Source of the DNA: Eledone cirrhosa
Taxonomy: Eukaryota
Direction of reading: 5' to 3'
DNA: 64,000 nucleotides
NCBI GenBank assembly: GCA_964016885.1
Contig: OZ024741.1
Coordinates: forward strand, 386,260,001-386,324,000
Under the pieces are notes generated by a model. That model was not told the origin of the DNA and searched no databases. It was given only the letters and a program-made list of their open reading frames with translations. Shown one piece after another: positions 58,391-64,000 of this stretch. Numbering within the stretch: position 1 is the first letter of the stretch; each line of letters opens with the position of its first letter. Made by a program: the position numbers and the translations under genes.

Positions 58391-61300
58391 GTTCTTTGAG
58401 TCTCAGTCATTGATGTTAGTCAACTGGAAAGTTTGTTGAAATGAATATCAAGCCACTACCTGCAGCCTCAGATATTCAGGACGTATCGGAGGGTTCTTGC
58501 TGTTCCCAGAAAACATGCCTTTTGAAGTGTTCCAAAAAACGAGGCTGGACTAATCTTCTTTAACCATCCTTGGAAACTCCTAGTGCTCCTATAACAATCG
58601 GGACGACCTTGATTTCATGGCAGTTCCAAATACTTTTTAATTCCCACTTTAAATCCTGGTATCGGCTAATTTTCTCTCTCTCCTTTTCTTGCACTCTCAT
58701 GTCAAATGGGCAGGCCACATCTACAATCAGGCACAATCTTTTTTCCTTGTCCAAAACCACCAGGTCAGGCTTATTGTGTTCTAATTTCTTGTCCGTCTGT
58801 ATCTTAAAATCCCATAGCACCTTCCCCTGATCGTTTTCTATCACCGACTCTGGCCTATGCTCATACCACTTCTCAGAATGTGGTAAATTGTTTAGCATAG
58901 ATGCCAGTGGATCACCCTGGTTATCACATGATATCTCCAGCCTTTATAGTGAGTCTGGGCTAGGTGTTTACACTCAGATACAATGTGAGCCACAGTCTCC
59001 TCTCTCTCTCCTCAGATCCTACACAGTGAGCTAGCCTCCTCCTCGTCAATATGGTGTTTCACCCACTTCGTCTGAGGGCTTGCTCTTGTGCAGCCATTAG
59101 CATTCCTTCTGTAGCTTTTTTAGGGTCTCCTCTTTTTAACCAGTTCCATGTCTGTGGGTCTCTAAATTCCGTTTTCTTAAAGAAGGTACTATGAAGGGAT
59201 TTTTCATGAAGGCTGCTCTTCCTCCTTGTTGTTATTTCCTCCTTGGACATCCCCTGGTCTATTGTCTTCTCCTTCAGTACAATTCTGAGCATTGGCTCCT
59301 TACTATCGGTCACGTATTTGTGTAGGTTGTTTTTCTCCATCTGAACACAGTCCTCTATGCTGATAAGACCTCTTCCACCTTCAGATCTCCTTAAGTAAAG
59401 TCTATCAACATCACTCCTCTTGTGGAACATGTTGTAGATAGTCATTAGCTTCCTAGTCTTCCTATCCATTTCATACAGTTCTCCCGCACTGTATCTAATA
59501 ATAGACACAGCTCGGGAACTCACTGCACTTATGACATTCTTACTATTTAGATGTGATTTTAATATGTTCCTTACTCTTCGAATGTATTCAGATTTTATCA
59601 ATTCCTTCATGTTTTTTTGTTCTTGATGTCATCTGCCTCCAGAACACCTAAATATTTGTATCTCTCTTCAGTGTCAATTTCCTTTATCATCTCACCTGTT
59701 GGTACCTGGATTATGTTGCTTCTGTTCAATTTACCCCTCTTCATCACTAGGACTCCACATTTATTAACACCAAATTCCATACATATATCATTGCTGAAAA
59801 TACGGACAGTGTCAACAAGTACATCCAACTCCTTCTCACTCTTCCTAAAGAGTTTAGGATCGTCCATGAAGAGGGGGTGGTTGATGGTAAGCTCTCTTCT
59901 TCCCAACTTGTATCCTGCTCTCACTTTTCTCAATATGACGGACATGGGTATAAGGGCAAGGACAAACTACAAAGGGGACAAACTATCTCCCTGGAAGATA
60001 CCTCTCTTGATCTTCACGCCTCCCAAGGATTCTCCACTTGATGTTAACTCTGTTTTCCAGGACTTCATACTTTTGCTTAATAGCTGTCTGATGTTATCTG
60101 CCACCTTGAAGATCTCTAGGCTTTTGGTTATACAAGAATGAGGTACCATGTCGAATGCCTTTTTGTAGTCTATCCACCCCATGGCAAGACCAGTGTGCCT
60201 CCTCTTGCAATTCCTCATTACCATCTCATCAATAAGTAACTGGTCTTTTGTACCACGGCACTTCTTTCGACATCCTTTCTGTTCGTCCGGTAACAAGTTG
60301 TTTATGTGGAGGTGATGGTAGATTTCCTCAGACACAATGCTTGTTAACAGTTTCCACATTATGGACAGACAGGATATAGGCCTATAGTTGGTAACATCAT
60401 TACCCTTGATTCGGTCTTTCATTACCAGAACTGTGGTACCTTTGTCAATCACTCTGGTACCTCACCCGACATCAAGCAGTCATTGAACATGGTTGTCAGT
60501 TTTGGGTGGAGGGATGTTATATTTTTAATCCAATACCCTTGCACACCATCTGGCCCTGGTGATTTCCAGTTGGTTAGTTTTTTGGCCTGCCCTTTAAGAG
60601 TTTCAACTGTGATACTCAAATATTTGAACTGTCTCAATCCACACTGCCTGACTATTATGTTCAATATCCTGCTCCCATATTCCTCTCCAGAATGTCTTAG
60701 TCTGTTCCGCCCCAGGCATCAGGTTGTTGCCTCTTTCTTTCCCTTCAAGCTGCCCAAACAACATCTTCTGGTTGTTGTCAAACATGCGGTTCTGTCTATA
60801 CTGACTGACTCTGCTCTCATATCGTCTAATCTTTGCACTCTTTGCTACAATGCGTTGCTTCAGTTCCTCTATGATAACATTTATCTCTTTCCCCCTAGTT
60901 TTGTATTTTATTTTCAATCTATTTTTAGTGTCTATGTTTTGTAATGTCCCATTCAGTAAAGACTCAAGCTTTCCAATGTCCTTTCTCATTTCCTTGATTT
61001 GACCATTCAGTCGTTTCTTCCACCAAGGTTCTGATCTTTCTTGTTTGTTGTTTCCTCTCGTTTTTATACCAAGTAATTTCCTCACCGCATTTGCTGTCAC
61101 TTTGAGGATATTGTTGCACTGGTGAAGGTTCCTCGCCTCAAGGTATGGAATAACCTTGTTTACCTTAGCTGTTGTTTCTTTTAACTTTTTCCTGTCTACA
61201 AATCTTAGGTTCATAGGGTTTCCACTATCATTGTTCATTTCATCTACCACTAAGTTCAGGATATCAAACAAATCTTGTCCTAGCCCGTCAGCATTCATTT

Positions 61301-61860
61301 CCTCAATGGCCGTATCTTTGTTCCAGATGTTATTTATTTCAGCATTCAGATCATTGTCTGCTTCGGATGCTTCCTCAGGTCTCTCAACTTCTTCACCTTC
61401 ATTTCCCACTGGCTCAATTGCCTGATATACTCCACTCTCCATTTCCAACTTAATCTCTCTGCTCAGTTCCTCCAGTTCCAACTCGCTTATGCACCCATTA
61501 GTTCTTATTACACGAGCCTGTCCGGCCAATTTTTGTTCATCTAATTTAAATAGACCAATCTCGTTCCAGATGTTATGTATCAGTTTCCTATAGCCTTTTT
61601 CCATGGGGTTACTCTTCAGGTAACTTTTCATGACAGTTCTCTTCAATTCTTTCGTCCAGTTTGTTCATGTCCCATTCCTTCTTCTTCTCCCAACGCCAGC
61701 AGTATTTGGATGACAGCCAGGTTCCTGCTGCTGGGCCAGGGAGCACTTGCTGGGTGAGAGTCTTTCACATGACGTTCCAGTCTCCTTTTCACCGTTATTC
61801 GAGCTGTTTAGGTTCGACATTTAAACATTCATATCGAGGATTGGTCAATTTATGGTTACA
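58391..61860 (-). mobile_element. Near full-length but disabled R4/Dong-clade LINE (family Z copy 1)
   Basis: N-terminal WTKELKRTVMKSY...GYRK...EQKLAGQAR domain; RT motifs [53 protein letters not shown]; then GGRGL, CCHC and HNKPDLVV...DVACP endonuclease; stop at 58468-58470. The 5' limit is approximate. Confidence 0.93.
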
Positions 61861-61904
61861 TAACCACCGGTGTTTTTAGCGTGGCACCATCACGCTGTAG
61901 ACGA

Positions 61905-61957
61905 AAATAAATAAATAAATAAATAAATAAATAAAAACATAAAAAAATAAAAATAAG
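61905..61957. repeat. (AAAT)n tract
   Basis: Read directly from the sequence. Confidence 0.9.
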
Positions 61958-62199
61958 TTTCATTGTAATGTTTGAATGTCTGACTTAGTTTTTTTCTCTT
62001 TTTGTTTTTCAAGGCCAGTAACATCGGTTACTAGTGTTGTTGTTGCTGCTGCTGTTTATGATTTTAGCTATACTAAGGTCATAGTCATAGCAACGAGGGA
62101 GGTAGTGGGTATTGCGTTCAAAACTTTTGAAATTTGTTTTTCTTTTGATGTTGCATTTGTTTTTGTCTGTGTTCTGTTCTGTATTATTACTTGTGTGGT

Positions 62200-62733
62200 G
62201 GAAAGGTTAAAAGGGTTAAAGACAGACACTTTCCTCTTCGGCGAATCCCTGATTTACTTTTTCAAGTTTCACTTGAAGAGGAAAATCAGGGTGGAGAGGC
62301 AAGTGCTGCCTTCTAGCAAGTTTGTTGAAAGGTGGCTGAATGTAGCGAGAATGGTCCGAGTGAACGGGACCAATCTGAATATACGTCTGTAGTTTGAGAG
62401 ATGGAAACATTGAGAGAGGGCGCTTGCCCTGGTGGTAAGGGTGGCCGTGGTCTTTTGAGTGGTTTTCGCCACGAGTATCCCTCGGAGGTTTCCCCCTTAT
62501 TGGGGAATTTTTCATTGTTTCAATTTTCATTTTTATTGTTTATATATATATATGTTTCTATGTCCTTTTTTTTTCTTTTCTTATATAAATAATAAAAATC
62601 TTTACACGCACAAAACCCACATTGTACCGTTCTGTACCTTCCTGTGCCATCTGTAATGTTTTTCTTGATGTCAGCCCTTGTGGCCAATAAAGAAATCATT
62701 ATTATTATTATTATTATTATTACTATTATTATT
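62200..62733 (+). mobile_element. Short 3' end of the L1/Tx1-like LINE with an (ATT)n tail
   Basis: RLKGLKTDTFLFGESLIYFFKFHLKRKIRVERQVLPSSKFVERW plus 3' UTR homologous to 57395-57853. Confidence 0.88.
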
Positions 62734-62736
62734 AAA

Positions 62737-62948
62737 GGGCGGTGGATTGGCAGTATCGGTAGAGGGTCGGATGCCATGCTTTGCAGCATAGAGTAACGGC
62801 CCTTGTCATTCTGAGTTCAAATCCCGCCGAGGTTAACTTTGCCTTTCATCCTTACGGGGTCGATAAAATAAAGTACCAGTAATACACTGGGATAATTGCT
62901 GGCCTTGTGCCAAAAGTAGAAACAATTATTATTATTATTATTATTATT
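62737..62948 (+). mobile_element. Family A SINE
   Basis: Full unit with A/B boxes and (ATT)n tail; shares the diagnostic GGCCCTTGTCATTCTGAG with 58194-58390. Confidence 0.93.
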
Positions 62949-64000
62949 GTTCTTTGAGTCTCAGTCATTGATGTTAGTCAACTGGAAAGTTTGTTGAAAT
63001 GAATATCAAGCCACTACCTGCAGCCTCAGATATTCAGGACATATCGGAGGGTTCTTGCTGTTCCCAGCAAGCATGCCTTTTGAAGTGTTCCAAAAAGCAG
63101 GACGGGGTCAATTTTCTTTAACCATCCCTGGAAATTTTTTGAGATAGTACCTAGTGCGCCTATGACAATCGGGACCATTTTGACTTCATGGCAGTTCCAA
63201 ATACTTTTTACCTCCCACTTTAAGTCCAGGTATCGGTTAATTTTCTCCCTCTCCTTCTCTTGCACTCTCGTGTCGAATGGGCAGGCCACATCCACAATCA
63301 GGCACAATCTTTTTTCCTTGTCCAAAACCACCAGGTCAGGTCTATTGTGTTCCAGTTTCTTGTCCGTCTGTATCCTAAAATCCCACAGCACCTTCATCTG
63401 ATCGTTTTCTATCACTGACTTTGGCTTATGCTCATACCACTTCTCAGAATGTGGTAAATTGTTTACTTTGCATAGGTGCCAGTGGATCACCCTGGCCATT
63501 ACATCATGTCTCCAGCCTTTATAGTGAGTCTGGGCTAGGTGTTTACACTTGGATACAATGTGAGCCACAGTCTCCTCTCTCTCTCCACAGATCCTGCACA
63601 GTGGGCTAGCCTCCTCCTTGTAAATATGGTGTTTCAGTCACTTCGTTTTGAGGGCCTGCTCTTGCTCAGCCATTAGCATTCCTTCTGTAGCCTTTTTAAG
63701 GTCTCCTCTTTTTAACCAGTTCCATGTCTGTGGATCTCTGAATTCAGTTCTCAAAGAAGGTACTATGAAGGGATTTTTCATGAAGGCTGCTCTTTCTCCT
63801 TGTTGTTATTTCCTCTTGGACATCCCCTGGTCTATTGTCCTCTCCTTCAGTACAATTCTGAGCATTGGCTCCTTACTATCAGTCACGTATTTGTGTAGGT
63901 TGTTTTTCTCCATCTGAACACAGTCCTCTATGCTGAAGAGACCTCTTCCACCTTCAGAACTCCTTAAGTAGAGTCTATTGACATCACTCCTCTTGTGGAA
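62949..64000 (-). mobile_element. R4/Dong-clade LINE, family Z copy 2 (continues beyond the window)
   Basis: ORF 63026-63568: HIVSKC, RHD, WDFRIQTD, HNRPDLVV...DVACP, PIVIGALG, LQKACLLGTARTLR. The 3' UTR is identical to copy 1. Confidence 0.93.

Noticed and set aside
58391-61860. Active full-length retrotransposon
   Set aside because: The ORF is broken into at least six pieces by frameshifts and deletions, so it is annotated as a disabled copy.

Overview
Eukaryotic, repeat-dominated DNA. The SINE and LINE families resemble those of octopod cephalopods; this is recognised from memory, not checked against a database. Positions 1-28460 are one (GGTGT)n pentamer satellite with nested kb-scale duplications. 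The remainder is a mosaic of tRNA-derived SINEs, decayed RTE, CR1 and L1/Tx1-like LINEs, restriction-endonuclease-type (R4/Dong-like) LINEs, an internally deleted Hsmar2-like mariner, a piggyBac-type MITE and microsatellites. I found one convincing host exon (39673-39827, +), which encodes leucine-rich repeats resembling LRRC63 and is missing from the ORF track, so most of the window is probably intronic. The main leads are: (1) R4-like LINEs stacked in (TACA)n tracts; (2) an ordered Tx1-SINE-R4 stack joined through (ATT)n tails that occurs twice; (3) a possible satellite-filled giant intron; (4) a 150-bp island dense in ONECUT, HNF4, GATA and FoxA-type motifs. No intact transposon ORF, RNA gene or CRISPR array is supported. 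Almost all ORFs in the supplied track are simple-repeat artefacts.
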